64,000 nt of DNA. Origin: Thermoplasmata archaeon (GTDB taxonomy: Archaea > Thermoplasmatota > UBA186 > UBA287). The stretch lies in contig WOYO01000082.1 in assembly GCA_011620765.1 (NCBI GenBank), forward strand, positions 8,259 to 72,258. Direction: 5' to 3'. A model generated the notes under the pieces. The model did not search any database and had not been told where the DNA came from. It was given only the letters and a program-made list of their open reading frames with translations. Both the position numbers and the translations under genes were made by a program. Every line of letters starts with the position of its first letter. Positions within the stretch are counted from its first letter, which is position 1. This document shows positions 35,789-46,001 of the stretch, piece by piece.

Positions 35789-38700
35789 CTAAAATAAACT
35801 TTTGCTCCACGAAGATAAGGGGAAGGATCTTGTCTCCCCTGGTCCAAGATCCACAACCGCTCCTTTAAATACTATGCCTATAGGGGCTGCATTGCTCGGG
35901 CTAGCGCTTATTATAAGGTTCTCCTTATCTATATGGACTCTTATGTTGTGCTGGCGGTAGAGGAGATTGAATTCCAGCATTTTCAGCTCTTCAGGAAGGT
36001 TGGGGTCAAACCAGAGCATCTCCCCTCTGGTCTCCATTCCCGTATATCCTCTCTGTATGAGATCAACGGTTCCACCCATTGCCCCAAGGTGAACCCCCTC
36101 TGAGGTTGTGCCGCCCTGTATATCGGAGATATCACTTTCAAGAGCTTCTCTGAAGAGCTGCCATGACCTCTCTTTGCTGTATTTCGCCAGGACCCATGAA
36201 TGGACAATCCTGCTCAGAGTTGAGCCGTGGGATGTTCTTTTCATGTAATAATCAATGTTTTTGCATATGATCTCTCTATTCAGTTGATAACCAAGTCTGT
36301 TGAACATGTTCTTAAGTTCATCCTCCGAGAGAAGGTAGAAGAGCATGAGCACATCTGCCTGCTTCGATAACTTGTAGCGGTTTGTAGTATCTCCTTCTGC
36401 TTCCAATATTCTGTCAAGTCTCTGCAGATTTCTGTACTTTTTTCTGTAAAGATCCCAGTCGAACTCCTCTAATGTCCCGTAACGGTCAAACTGGCTTATT
36501 ATCTCATCCCCATGGAAGGGTATTTTCATCCGGTAGCTCATATTCTCCCAGAGCTCTTTTTCCTCCGGGGTAATCCCCAGATCCTCTTCCAGAGCTTCCC
36601 TCCTCTCATCTGATAGCAGTTTTAAAGCATCTAAAGTCCTGCACAGCGTCCAGGCAACCATGACATTTGTGTAGGCATTGTTATCTATGCCGGGCTGCTC
36701 AGCCCCGGGATACCTGTCATGGAACTCATCGGGTCCCATAATACCATGGATCTCGTATCTTCCATGGATATTCTTTGCTATGCTTGCCCAGAAACGGGAT
36801 ATCTCTACAAGCATCTCTGCACCATAATAGGAAAGGAAGTGAAGATCGCCCGTAACCTGGTAATATTGCCAGATGTTGTAGGCTATGGCTATGTTTATGT
36901 GTTTCTGCAACCATGTGTTGTCATCCCTCCATCTACCAGATAGAGGGTTCAGATGGATCCTCTGGCTCTCCTCCCTCCCGTCGCTTCCGCTCTGCCATGG
37001 ATACATCGCTCCTTTGTGGCCCGCATTTCTGGCGGATCTCCTTGCTTCCGGTAGGCGGCGATAGCGATACATGAGCAAAGCCCTTGTGATGTCAGGAATC
37101 CTGAGATTTATGAACGGGAATATGAAGAGCTCATCCCACATTATGAGCCCCCTGTAAGCCTCTCCATGGAGCCCTCTGGGCGGAACACCAGCATCCATAT
37201 CTATCGAGTGCACAGACATTGTCTGAAGGAGATGGAATATGTGCAAATGAAGTATCTGCATGGTCCTTTTATTGTTCACAACCTCCAGGTTGCAGCGTCT
37301 CCAGAGGTGCTCCCATGCGAGCACATGACGCTCAAGTAGCTTTTGAAAGCATTCAGCTGCCCTCACCTCTTTCTCTGCAGCCATCATGCTCTCCGCCACG
37401 GCTCTGTCCCTCGAGGTAAATAGGGAGACTGTCTTTTCAACGCAGATGCTCTCCCCCTGCCTGATATTAACGGAAAAACTCTGGGATACGGATCCCCTAT
37501 CCTTCTCATCCTTCCTTCTCACATCCACAGGTTTCCCGTCCTTTGTGATTCTTGTCCTTGCAGCTTCAGCTATCCTTATATGTGATTGGTTTGTCTCAAC
37601 CTGAAGGGATATGATCTCTCCGTTAGATCTGCTTTTTACAGGCTTCAGATGTGTATTATTGAGCTGTTGATACCTTGCCACACCAGAGTTTTTCACTCTC
37701 CCATCCAGAGATGCTCTGAGCTCTACCTCCCCAGACCAGTTCTCAGCCACAAGTTTCAGCTCAAGTGCTGCAAGATGGGGGTTTGCCATGTGGACCAGCC
37801 TTTTTTCTGTGATAGCCGTGAGCCTGTTCTGATCATCCTTAAATCTGATGAATCTTGTTAACAGGCCTCTCTTCATATCCAGCTCCTCTCTGTAATCAAG
37901 AATATCAAACAGGCGCTCATCGAACCATTTGTCACCAATTCTAAAGGTGAGCGGAAGCCAATTTGGGGCATTCACCAGGCTCTCATTCTCTATAGTTTTA
38001 CCATCAATCCTTGATTTCAGTCTGTTATAGCACCCTGCAATGTAGGTTCCTGGATAATGAAAGTCACTCTCAGGTGAAGCACCCCTCGTTCCAAAGTATC
38101 CATTACCGAGCGTACACAGGGCTTCTCTGGTTTTCTCTTCCTCCGGGACAAAACCATTGTATCTCAGAACCCACGTGTCTTCCTCAAAGTTGTCCAAAAG
38201 GGCTTTCAGAAAGATTTCAACATCTGAAGTATCTTTCAGCGTATAGTCCGCAGCAGTCTTTCTGCTCCCGACCAGGATGGATATCCCCCAACCTTTTATA
38301 GCCCTGAAAGCATCCTCATCTGTTCGATCATCTCCTATGTATATAGGGACAACCTTCGATCCATTTATCCAGAGCTTTTCAATAAACCCTAGCAGAGCTT
38401 TTCCCTTATCCCAATCCACTCTGGGCATAAGCTCAAGGACTTTTTTGCCTGAAGATAGCTTTAGCTCTGGATGGTTGCGTGCTACCTCTTTTACCCCCTT
38501 TTTTACCTTCCCAACATCTTTATCAACCATGCGATAGTGAACAGCTATAGAAAATCTTTTCCTCTCAAAAAGGACCCCTTTGACAGGTCCAAGGGTTCTC
38601 TTTAACTCATTCTCTATGTCTTTGAGGTCTGGTTGCTCTATGGCTTTATTTAATCCATCACACTCCATCTCCAGTCCATGGCTCCCTGCATAACAGATCC

Positions 38701-39625
38701 CCTCTATCCCAACCATCCTTTTCACATCCTTCAGCTCTCTTCCGCTCAGGATGCCTACCCTGCAACGGGTAGAGAGCGCTTTTAGAATCATTCGCATGCT
38801 CTCTGATAGTATTGCCTTCTCAGGGCTCTCTACTATAGGAGTGAGGGTTCCGTCATAATCAAGAAACACGGCTGGTATACCCCTTCTCAATTGTGCAAAT
38901 ATTGTGCCCATTTTTTCAAGAGCTGGCTCAGGTTTTTTCAGGATGGAGAGCGCGGAGAGATCTTTCACAACCACATCAGCATCCATAAGTCCTTTTCCCG
39001 TGCGGTCTATCCCTATTACAGGTTTGAAGCCCTTTGCTGCCTTAACCCCTGCCAGAGAGTCTTCAACCACCGCGCACCTTTCGGGCAAACACCCTAAGCG
39101 CTTTGCTGCTTCAAGGAATATCCCCCGCTTGTCTGGAGCCTCATCTCCACCGACAACAACGTCAAATAGTTCTATCACCCCTGCCTTCTCCAGGATTTTC
39201 CTGCAGTTTCTGCTCGCAGAAACTGCAGCAACCTTCACGCCCATACGCTTCAGCTCCTTTATGAATGCGATCGTTGAGGGAAACGTTCTCACACCACCCT
39301 CAAGTTTTTCAAGGAACCTTGCATTCTTTCTGTTTCCGATGCCGCACACAGTGTTCTGAGAAAGATCGTTAGCAGGATTACCATATGGAAGGGATATATT
39401 TTTAGATCTAAGAAAGCTCTCAACCCCTTCATATCTGGGCTTTCCGTCTATATAAAGATAGTAATCTTTATCCTCAAAGCCAAAAGGCTCTAAAGTCTCT
39501 TTCCATGCCTCTGCATGAATAGTAGCAGTATCTGTTATCACACCATCCATGTCAAATATAGCGCAATCCTTTATCTCAACATTTTTTTTGATTTCTGGCT
39601 CTTTCGGCTCTTCTGGTATGCCCAT
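35789..39625 (-). CDS. three-domain fusion: HAD-IA beta-phosphoglucomutase-like / HAD-IIB trehalose-6-phosphate phosphatase-like / GH65 glycoside phosphorylase (1278 aa)
   Basis: Residues about 1-215: IFDMDGVITDTATIHAEAWKE...VEDSLAGVKAAK (beta-PGM-type HAD). About 240-480: VFLDYDGTLTPIV...IGDDRTDEDAF (OtsB-type T6PP motifs). About 500-1278: GH65 N-terminal beta-sandwich and (alpha/alpha)6 catalytic region (...GEAYRGLIMWDELFIFPF...; ...HGIMGPDEF...). Confidence 0.8.
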   Translation of the reverse strand: MGIPEEPKEPEIKKNVEIKDCAIFDMDGVITDTATIHAEAWKETLEPFGFEDKDYYLYIDGKPRYEGVESFLRSKNISLPYGNPANDLSQNTVCGIGNRKNARFLEKLEGGVRTFPSTIAFIKELKRMGVKVAAVSASRNCRKILEKAGVIELFDVVVGGDEAPDKRGIFLEAAKRLGCLPERCAVVEDSLAGVKAAKGFKPVIGIDRTGKGLMDADVVVKDLSALSILKKPEPALEKMGTIFAQLRRGIPAVFLDYDGTLTPIVESPEKAILSESMRMILKALSTRCRVGILSGRELKDVKRMVGIEGICYAGSHGLEMECDGLNKAIEQPDLKDIENELKRTLGPVKGVLFERKRFSIAVHYRMVDKDVGKVKKGVKEVARNHPELKLSSGKKVLELMPRVDWDKGKALLGFIEKLWINGSKVVPIYIGDDRTDEDAFRAIKGWGISILVGSRKTAADYTLKDTSDVEIFLKALLDNFEEDTWVLRYNGFVPEEEKTREALCTLGNGYFGTRGASPESDFHYPGTYIAGCYNRLKSRIDGKTIENESLVNAPNWLPLTFRIGDKWFDERLFDILDYREELDMKRGLLTRFIRFKDDQNRLTAITEKRLVHMANPHLAALELKLVAENWSGEVELRASLDGRVKNSGVARYQQLNNTHLKPVKSRSNGEIISLQVETNQSHIRIAEAARTRITKDGKPVDVRRKDEKDRGSVSQSFSVNIRQGESICVEKTVSLFTSRDRAVAESMMAAEKEVRAAECFQKLLERHVLAWEHLWRRCNLEVVNNKRTMQILHLHIFHLLQTMSVHSIDMDAGVPPRGLHGEAYRGLIMWDELFIFPFINLRIPDITRALLMYRYRRLPEARRSARNAGHKGAMYPWQSGSDGREESQRIHLNPLSGRWRDDNTWLQKHINIAIAYNIWQYYQVTGDLHFLSYYGAEMLVEISRFWASIAKNIHGRYEIHGIMGPDEFHDRYPGAEQPGIDNNAYTNVMVAWTLCRTLDALKLLSDERREALEEDLGITPEEKELWENMSYRMKIPFHGDEIISQFDRYGTLEEFDWDLYRKKYRNLQRLDRILEAEGDTTNRYKLSKQADVLMLFYLLSEDELKNMFNRLGYQLNREIICKNIDYYMKRTSHGSTLSRIVHSWVLAKYSKERSWQLFREALESDISDIQGGTTSEGVHLGAMGGTVDLIQRGYTGMETRGEMLWFDPNLPEELKMLEFNLLYRQHNIRVHIDKENLIISASPSNAAPIGIVFKGAVVDLGPGETRSFPLSSWSKSLF

Positions 39626-39646
39626 ACTTTAGAAATATAACTTCAC

Positions 39647-39656
39647 ACTATTTATA
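39647..39656 (-). promoter_or_regulatory. TATA box (minus-strand reading gctataaatag) about 25-30 bp upstream of the GH65 fusion gene start
   Basis: Canonical archaeal TATA at leaderless spacing from the ATG at 39625. Confidence 0.45.
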
Positions 39657-40006
39657 GCCTCCGCCGCTCTGCCAGGAATGCAGCAAAAGGGTTTTGGAGC
39701 ATTTTCCTCCACAGAGAAGCCTCCCTCTTTATATCTATACTGGGAAAAGTTTTGGTGAAAATGAGGTAACTATTCTTCCTTCCTCAGATGCTCTTTGAGA
39801 TCCTTGAAGAAAGATCTTTACTGTGCCCATTTCTCAGAAAAGAGGCAAAGATCTCAAGCTCAGGATCTTCCTCAAAGCCTCCGACACATAGCCAGGGGGT
39901 TATTTGCTTGAGCACAGATTCATTTGTCAATCTCTCATAACTCACCTTGCGAGTGTTATCCTACTCCTCCTTCTGTGGCCAGAGATCTCTTGGCGGCTTG
40001 AGAAAG

Positions 40007-42733
40007 TCAGATTCCATTCTCAACGAGCTTCAGTTTTATTATCCCTTCAATGTATTCGACAGCGTTCTTTGCGTTCTCTGCAGGAACACTTCCCTGAGCA
40101 AGATTCGCTCTACCTCCTGCTTTTCCACCAAACCTCTCCACTTCTCTGAGCAGCTCTGCACAGTTTATATCGATCTTTTCATTTCTTGCAACAGCTATGT
40201 TACCAAAATTATTTGCTATTATGGCCACAACTCCATCTCTCTCAGCAAGGGCTGTTGCTTCCTTGACTATGCCCTTAGCATCAAGTTCATTCACGTCTTT
40301 GAACACCTTTATGTTATCTACCTCTTCCGGATTAAGTATCTTTATCCTCTCACTTATAACATATTCGGTTAGTCTTTCAATGCTCTTTTTCATATCTTTC
40401 CACTCTGCAAATAGCCTTCCAGCAACCCTTTCAAGGTGCTCCTCTTTTGTGTTGAATGTGCTACAAAGGGATTCTATCAGCCTTTCCTTTTTTTCAAACT
40501 CCTCAAGTGCGCTGTCTGCAACTGCAAACTCTATTCTTTCGACTCCATCCTGGACCCTCTCTGTGCGAAGGATCTTTATCCAGCCTACTTCTCCAGTCCG
40601 CTGACAGTGTGTGCCTGCGCATGCCTGCGCATCTATGGAATCTATTGTGACAACCCTTATCTCATTTCCCTTTGGCACGCCACCTTCATAAAGAACGAAA
40701 CCATACTCCTGTTCAGCCTCATTCCTCTTCATGAATCTTGCTTCTACTGGCAGATCTGATAGAACTATCTCATTTGCCCTTTGCTCTATTCTTTCCAGAT
40801 CATCGCGCGCAATGCGCCTGTAATGGGTTATGTCAAGCCTGCTTCTTTCAATCCCTTTCTGCGCTCCATGTTGCCAAACATGTTTTCCCAGTAGCTCCCT
40901 TGCTGCAGCCAGAATTATATGAGTGGCTGTATGATTTCTCTCCAGAGCTCTTCTTCTTTTTTCATCAACCAGCCCAGAAACAATGCTGTCTTCCGCAGCC
41001 CCTAGATCCTTATCTGTATGATGGATAACAACTCCATTCACCTTTTCAACATCCAAAACATTTACCTCTCTGCCATCAGAGCTTAAAACACCTATATCGC
41101 TAGGCTGCCCACCGCCTTCAGGATAAAACAAAGTTCTATCCAGCACCACCTCTTTTCCTTTGCATCTCAGAACCTTTGCCTCAAATTCATACTCTCTCGG
41201 CTTATCATAAAAAAGGAGCTCTGTTGGTTTGAGATGGTATTCTTCTTTTTCTTTTCCCCCCTTCTCTTTTTCTATCCCCTTCTCACTTGAGTGCATCTGT
41301 GCGATCAGAGAATAAAAGTTATCAGGTATCTCAACGTCCACAATCGTTTTGACCACTTCGGGTGGTATGCCATAAGTGTCATAAAATCTCATGAGCTCCT
41401 CTATAGTGGCATTACCTCTAACCTCTCTCTTCACCATTGCTTTACCTTTCTCTATTGTTTCTTCATACTTTTTCTCTTCAATGTCTATGATCTCCCTGAT
41501 TCTCTCAATGTCCTCTCTGTATTTTTTAAGCCTCTCATTTATGTGCCTCTCAACCAGATCACTCAGGCTTACGTCTATGCGGAGATCCTGGAGTATCTTT
41601 AGACTTCTCCTTATCATGAGCCTCACAAGATACCCTGCTTTCGTGTTGCTCGGCACAATGCCATCACCGAGCATAAGAGCTATGCACTTTGTGTGGTCGC
41701 AGATTGTGTATACCTTCTCTATAGGCTCCATTATCCCTGCTATCTGCTCAGGTTCTATGCTATACCCGAGGAGTTTAAGTCTATTGGAGCACTGCTCTCT
41801 GAATAGCTTTATGTTTGTGCTGGCACTCATTCCCCCAGCCAATCTGGAGCTTTCTTCAACAATAGCTGCTGTTTCTTCATCGTTCATATCAATGCCAGCT
41901 TTAGTTAGAAGATCATCTATCATCTGGGGGTATATGGCATTGTATACCGTTGGGGTGCCCTGTGATGCCCATGCAAGTCGCTCTAAACCATAGCCTGTAT
42001 CAACTATGCGCATATCCATAGGCGTGTAGCGCTCCCCCTCTATGACTGTTGTGTCTTCATCTGATTCATTGGCTAACCTGAGGCTCATAAAAACCAGAGT
42101 AACAAGCTCCAGACCATGGCTGAGAACCTCAAGAGCTGGACCTGCGTTCCCTCCTCCACTCCAGGGGTTCTCTTTATACGTAACAAGATCCGTATCAACA
42201 CCTATACTTTTAAGAAAACCATCGCAGTACGCAACTGTTTCGTTTATCCAGTATATCTTCTTTCTTTTATAATTAAAGGCATGGTGGGCCATCATCTCAA
42301 AGTTGGTGAGATGCCTCCCGCTTCTGCCCACGGAGTCTAAATCATTCAGCCTTATGCAGGGCTGGGAGATGCAGAGCGGGTTTGCTGGTGGCTCACATTC
42401 CCCGCTGGTCACATTGGGTTGAAAATCAGCTATGCTTGCTATTGTGAGAAATATATCATCCCTCCACCTTGCTATCACAGGATAGCTTTCTATCCTTTTG
42501 TGGCCGTTTTTCTCAAAAAAGGAGAGGAAAGCCTCTCGCATTTCATCAACACTGTATTTTTTCTTGGTGATCGGATTGCCTATAAAAGAATATTCAACAC
42601 AGGGTGAATCACCGCACAGCTCCTGTTCTTTGTTCTTTGTCCAGAACGCGCTACCACAGCTTTTACATTTCTTGCGCACATAGCCATTCTCTTTGAAGAA
42701 AGGTATTCTGTAGGCTCTCTCGAGATCCACCAT
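40007..42733 (-). CDS. alaS: alanyl-tRNA synthetase
   Basis: Archaeal-type 908-aa AlaRS: N-terminal Zn-ribbon region (CKSCGSAFWT), class II catalytic core, editing-domain HxxxH/CxxxH motifs (HTATH...CAGTHC), C-terminal DHHA1-like domain. Confidence 0.9.
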   Translation of the reverse strand: MVDLERAYRIPFFKENGYVRKKCKSCGSAFWTKNKEQELCGDSPCVEYSFIGNPITKKKYSVDEMREAFLSFFEKNGHKRIESYPVIARWRDDIFLTIASIADFQPNVTSGECEPPANPLCISQPCIRLNDLDSVGRSGRHLTNFEMMAHHAFNYKRKKIYWINETVAYCDGFLKSIGVDTDLVTYKENPWSGGGNAGPALEVLSHGLELVTLVFMSLRLANESDEDTTVIEGERYTPMDMRIVDTGYGLERLAWASQGTPTVYNAIYPQMIDDLLTKAGIDMNDEETAAIVEESSRLAGGMSASTNIKLFREQCSNRLKLLGYSIEPEQIAGIMEPIEKVYTICDHTKCIALMLGDGIVPSNTKAGYLVRLMIRRSLKILQDLRIDVSLSDLVERHINERLKKYREDIERIREIIDIEEKKYEETIEKGKAMVKREVRGNATIEELMRFYDTYGIPPEVVKTIVDVEIPDNFYSLIAQMHSSEKGIEKEKGGKEKEEYHLKPTELLFYDKPREYEFEAKVLRCKGKEVVLDRTLFYPEGGGQPSDIGVLSSDGREVNVLDVEKVNGVVIHHTDKDLGAAEDSIVSGLVDEKRRRALERNHTATHIILAAARELLGKHVWQHGAQKGIERSRLDITHYRRIARDDLERIEQRANEIVLSDLPVEARFMKRNEAEQEYGFVLYEGGVPKGNEIRVVTIDSIDAQACAGTHCQRTGEVGWIKILRTERVQDGVERIEFAVADSALEEFEKKERLIESLCSTFNTKEEHLERVAGRLFAEWKDMKKSIERLTEYVISERIKILNPEEVDNIKVFKDVNELDAKGIVKEATALAERDGVVAIIANNFGNIAVARNEKIDINCAELLREVERFGGKAGGRANLAQGSVPAENAKNAVEYIEGIIKLKLVENGI

Positions 42734-42823
42734 ATAGATGGAGTGGTGTGCATTCTATTTAATTTTTTTTCGCAGCAGGAATCGAATACTGAAAATATTT
42801 TTAGTTAAAATGCGATAACACTT

Positions 42824-43672
42824 ATGGACTTTAGATCTGCTGAAAAGCCGGAAGGTGAGGGGGGAGTGCAGTATCACATAGCATGCAAGCCCGGAGATCT
42901 CTCGCGCTATGTTCTTTTGCCAGGGGACCCCGGGAGAATTGCAAAGATTATGGCTCTATGGGATAATGGGAAGGAGATAGCGTTCCATAGAGAGTACAGG
43001 AGCGCTACAGGGATATACAGGGGCACAGAGATATCAGCATGCTCTACAGGCATAGGATCTCCAAGCACAGCCATAGCCATAGAGGAGTTAGCAAATATTG
43101 GGTGTGATACATTTATAAGGGTTGGAAGCTGTGGGGCTATAAAAGAAGGGATAGAGTGCGGGGATATGATCATAGATGTTGCCGCTGTCAGACTTGAGGG
43201 CACTAGCAAGCAGTATGTGCGAACAGAGTATCCTTCATTCTCAAGTTATGAAGTTACTTTAGCTCTTATAGAAGCATGCGAATCTTTAGGTTTAAGATAC
43301 CATCTTGGCATAACCGCATCCACAGACTCCTTTTATCCTGGTCAGGGCAGGAAAGGATATAAGGATTATTCGACCAGTGAGAGCGAGAAGCTGGTAGAGG
43401 ATCTCAGGAGAGCTGGAGTAACAAACTTTGAAATGGAGGCTTCTGCCCTTTTTGTTCTCTCTTCCATCTACGGGCTCAGGGCTGGTTGTATCTGCACAGT
43501 TTTCGCGGATAGACTGGGAAATACATTTAAGACGGAGGGAGAGGAGGATGCTGCAAAGGCTGCATGCGAAGCTGTTAAGATATTGAAGGAGTGGGATTCT
43601 TTAAAAGAGAGGAAAGGGAAGAAGCATTTCTTTCCTTCTTTGAACCGGGAAACGAAAATAAGAGGTGAATAA
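42824..43672 (+). CDS. PNP/UDP-family nucleoside phosphorylase (uridine phosphorylase-like)
   Basis: LLPGDPGRIAKIMA, EISACSTGIGSPSTAIAIEEL, VGSCGA, NFEMEASALFV. PNP-UDP_1 fold motifs. Confidence 0.7.
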   Translation: MDFRSAEKPEGEGGVQYHIACKPGDLSRYVLLPGDPGRIAKIMALWDNGKEIAFHREYRSATGIYRGTEISACSTGIGSPSTAIAIEELANIGCDTFIRVGSCGAIKEGIECGDMIIDVAAVRLEGTSKQYVRTEYPSFSSYEVTLALIEACESLGLRYHLGITASTDSFYPGQGRKGYKDYSTSESEKLVEDLRRAGVTNFEMEASALFVLSSIYGLRAGCICTVFADRLGNTFKTEGEEDAAKAACEAVKILKEWDSLKERKGKKHFFPSLNRETKIRGE

Positions 43673-44919
43673 TGGAAGACATAGGAGCAAAACCCGTAGA
43701 GAAAAGAACCTCAAGTGCTGTTGATAGTTTTGTTATCTGGCTTATGGGTGGCATAGCGATGACAACAGCGCTTGTGGCGAGCTTTACATACTCTATGGGT
43801 GTCCTTGGTTTAGCCCTTGTGTGCGTCGCGGTGCTTGGGATAGGGGGCATAATGGCAGCGATCTGGGAGGAGCTTGGCAGAAAAACAGGGCTTCCTGCGC
43901 TAACAATAAGTCAAAAAACCTTTGGAGCATCAGGAACAGCACTCTTGGCTATGATATTCGCTCTATTGAATGTTGGCTGGTTCGGTATAAACACAGAGGT
44001 TCCCGCTGTGATGCTGGAGTCATATTTTGGTCTCCCTGCTCCACTCTGGTCTCTGCTGCTGGGTGTATTGCAGATCGTTATAGTCCTTCTGGGATTTGAA
44101 GTGATAAAAAGCTTTGATTATATAAGCTTAGTAATCATATTGATAGGCTCTATTGTTATGGTTTATGAGGGCTTTGTTGTTGAGGGTGTTAGCATAAGCC
44201 TTTCAGGCACGATAGACGCAAGGTCTTTTGCTGTAGCCCTGGAGTCGGCTGGAGCTTTTTCACTTGTGGCATGGTGCTATAAGATACCCGAAACCTCAAG
44301 GTTCTGCAAAAAGGATGGAAAGCCATGGGTATACGCTATTGCCCCCTCTCTGGGGGTGGTTCTGGGCTTGTTCCTCTTCGGAATCCTCGGGTTCATTTCC
44401 ATAGCCTCTACAGGATCGCTGGATGGTTGGAACATCTTTCTTTTAGGAAAAAGCATGGGGGCTATAGGTGCTATAATCGCTGTGACTGCCATAGTAGCCA
44501 ATGCCAATACAAACATAATCAACCTGTATCCTGCTGTAATGCAGTTTCTCTCAGGTAGTGAGGCCCTGGGGAAAAAGGTGAGGCAGCCCATCGTTTCTGC
44601 AGTCATGGGAGCGATAGGAACTGTTTTAGCTATGAGCGGGATATTGAGCAGGGTAACGGATTTTCTGAATGTTGTGGGCTCTCTCGTAGTGCCGTTTTCT
44701 TTTGTTGTCTTTGTTGATCTCTTTATTTTTAAGAACAGGAGCAAGAAAGGAGCGTATTCATCTCTTCTACCGCTGATCTCAGTTTTTGCTGGTTCTGCGG
44801 CAGCGCTCTTATCTTCCAACGCAAGGTTTCTCATACCATCATGGCTTGTTGGAGGAATGGTTTCAGGGGTGATGTACTTAGTTATAGGTGGTATACTCTA
44901 TCGGAGCAGCAGCTATTAG
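43672..44919 (+). CDS. 12-TM permease, probable nucleobase/nucleoside transporter (NCS1-like)
   Basis: Polytopic membrane protein of 415 aa. Its ATG overlaps the stop of the nucleoside phosphorylase gene (TAATGG). Family assignment is tentative. Confidence 0.45.
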   Translation: MEDIGAKPVEKRTSSAVDSFVIWLMGGIAMTTALVASFTYSMGVLGLALVCVAVLGIGGIMAAIWEELGRKTGLPALTISQKTFGASGTALLAMIFALLNVGWFGINTEVPAVMLESYFGLPAPLWSLLLGVLQIVIVLLGFEVIKSFDYISLVIILIGSIVMVYEGFVVEGVSISLSGTIDARSFAVALESAGAFSLVAWCYKIPETSRFCKKDGKPWVYAIAPSLGVVLGLFLFGILGFISIASTGSLDGWNIFLLGKSMGAIGAIIAVTAIVANANTNIINLYPAVMQFLSGSEALGKKVRQPIVSAVMGAIGTVLAMSGILSRVTDFLNVVGSLVVPFSFVVFVDLFIFKNRSKKGAYSSLLPLISVFAGSAAALLSSNARFLIPSWLVGGMVSGVMYLVIGGILYRSSSY

Positions 44920-46001
44920 AGTTTTTTCACGAAGTCATCTATGTGATCCCTGGCCTTTTCTCTCTTTTTTCTGTGCTCTGTGAGAAAAGAATTCACCTTT
45001 TCTGCCAGCATAGCCTTGCACTCCCCACATAGTAGAGAACCACTCCTGCACCTGTCGTGGATACCTCTAACCTTGCTATCATCAGGCTCGAAGAAGAAAT
45101 AGTAGTATGAATAAACAGCACAAACCTCAGGATTCCCGCCGTGAAGACGCTGCTCCTTTACAGTGGCTGCTCCGCCTGTGAACGCATTCATGATCTTTTT
45201 TCTCACCTGTTCTTCATCATCGGTTGTGAAGATGCTCGATTCGGGTGAGGAAGAGCTCATCTTTTCATTGCCGGTGAGAGAAGGCAGGAGCTTGCAATAG
45301 ATTGAAGCAGGCTTCGGATAGCCCAATGGCTCTGCGACATCTCTCGTAACCCTGAAGTGAGGATCCTGGTCTATAGCGCACGGTATGAGGCATCTCACGC
45401 TCTTCTTTTCAATTTCGCTCAGCAGAAATGCTGGAGCTGACTGGATGCTTGTATAAAATATAGAGCCTATGTTTGTTGATGAATCAAAACCGAAAACAGC
45501 TTTAGCTGTAGAGAATGTAACCCTCTTGGCAACCTTTATTGCGATAGGATAGAGAACATTCATGTTATCGGTGTCCAGAAATATTGTCGTCTTCTCTGGA
45601 TCAAAGCCAAGAGCTATTATGTCTAAAGCATTATCATAGGCAAGCCTTTTTGTATCCTCCAATGATAAATCCTCATTAAAGAGGAATTTCTCATCATCAG
45701 TCAGCTGAAAATAGAGCTCCGTACCCCACTCCTTTTGAAGAAAAAGGTTAAACACCCATGGTAAAAGGTGTCCTATGTGTATTTTCCCTGAGGGCCCCCT
45801 GCCCGTATAAAGATAAAACTTTTCCCTTGCATCTATTATCTTATCCAGATCTCTATGGGCATAAAAGATCCTGCGCCTGAGCATAAAGTGATCTGGCAAC
45901 TTTTGCAAAAGCTCATCCGTTATCTCGCTCACTCCAAACTCTTCTATCAGCTTCTGATAGTCTATCTTCCCGCTGACCTCCCAGGGGGTTACTTTGAACA
46001 T
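44916..46001 (-). CDS. trpS: tryptophanyl-tRNA synthetase (archaeal/eukaryotic type)
   Basis: Class I HIGH (PSGKIHIGHL) and KMSKS (NEKMSSSSP) motifs. 361 aa. Confidence 0.8.
   Translation of the reverse strand: MFKVTPWEVSGKIDYQKLIEEFGVSEITDELLQKLPDHFMLRRRIFYAHRDLDKIIDAREKFYLYTGRGPSGKIHIGHLLPWVFNLFLQKEWGTELYFQLTDDEKFLFNEDLSLEDTKRLAYDNALDIIALGFDPEKTTIFLDTDNMNVLYPIAIKVAKRVTFSTAKAVFGFDSSTNIGSIFYTSIQSAPAFLLSEIEKKSVRCLIPCAIDQDPHFRVTRDVAEPLGYPKPASIYCKLLPSLTGNEKMSSSSPESSIFTTDDEEQVRKKIMNAFTGGAATVKEQRLHGGNPEVCAVYSYYYFFFEPDDSKVRGIHDRCRSGSLLCGECKAMLAEKVNSFLTEHRKKREKARDHIDDFVKKL

Noticed and set aside
39626-40006. RNase P RNA or other large ncRNA in the 380-bp spacer
   Set aside because: Conserved P4/CR-I and CR-V elements absent on either strand. 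Kept only as a low-interest unexplained spacer.
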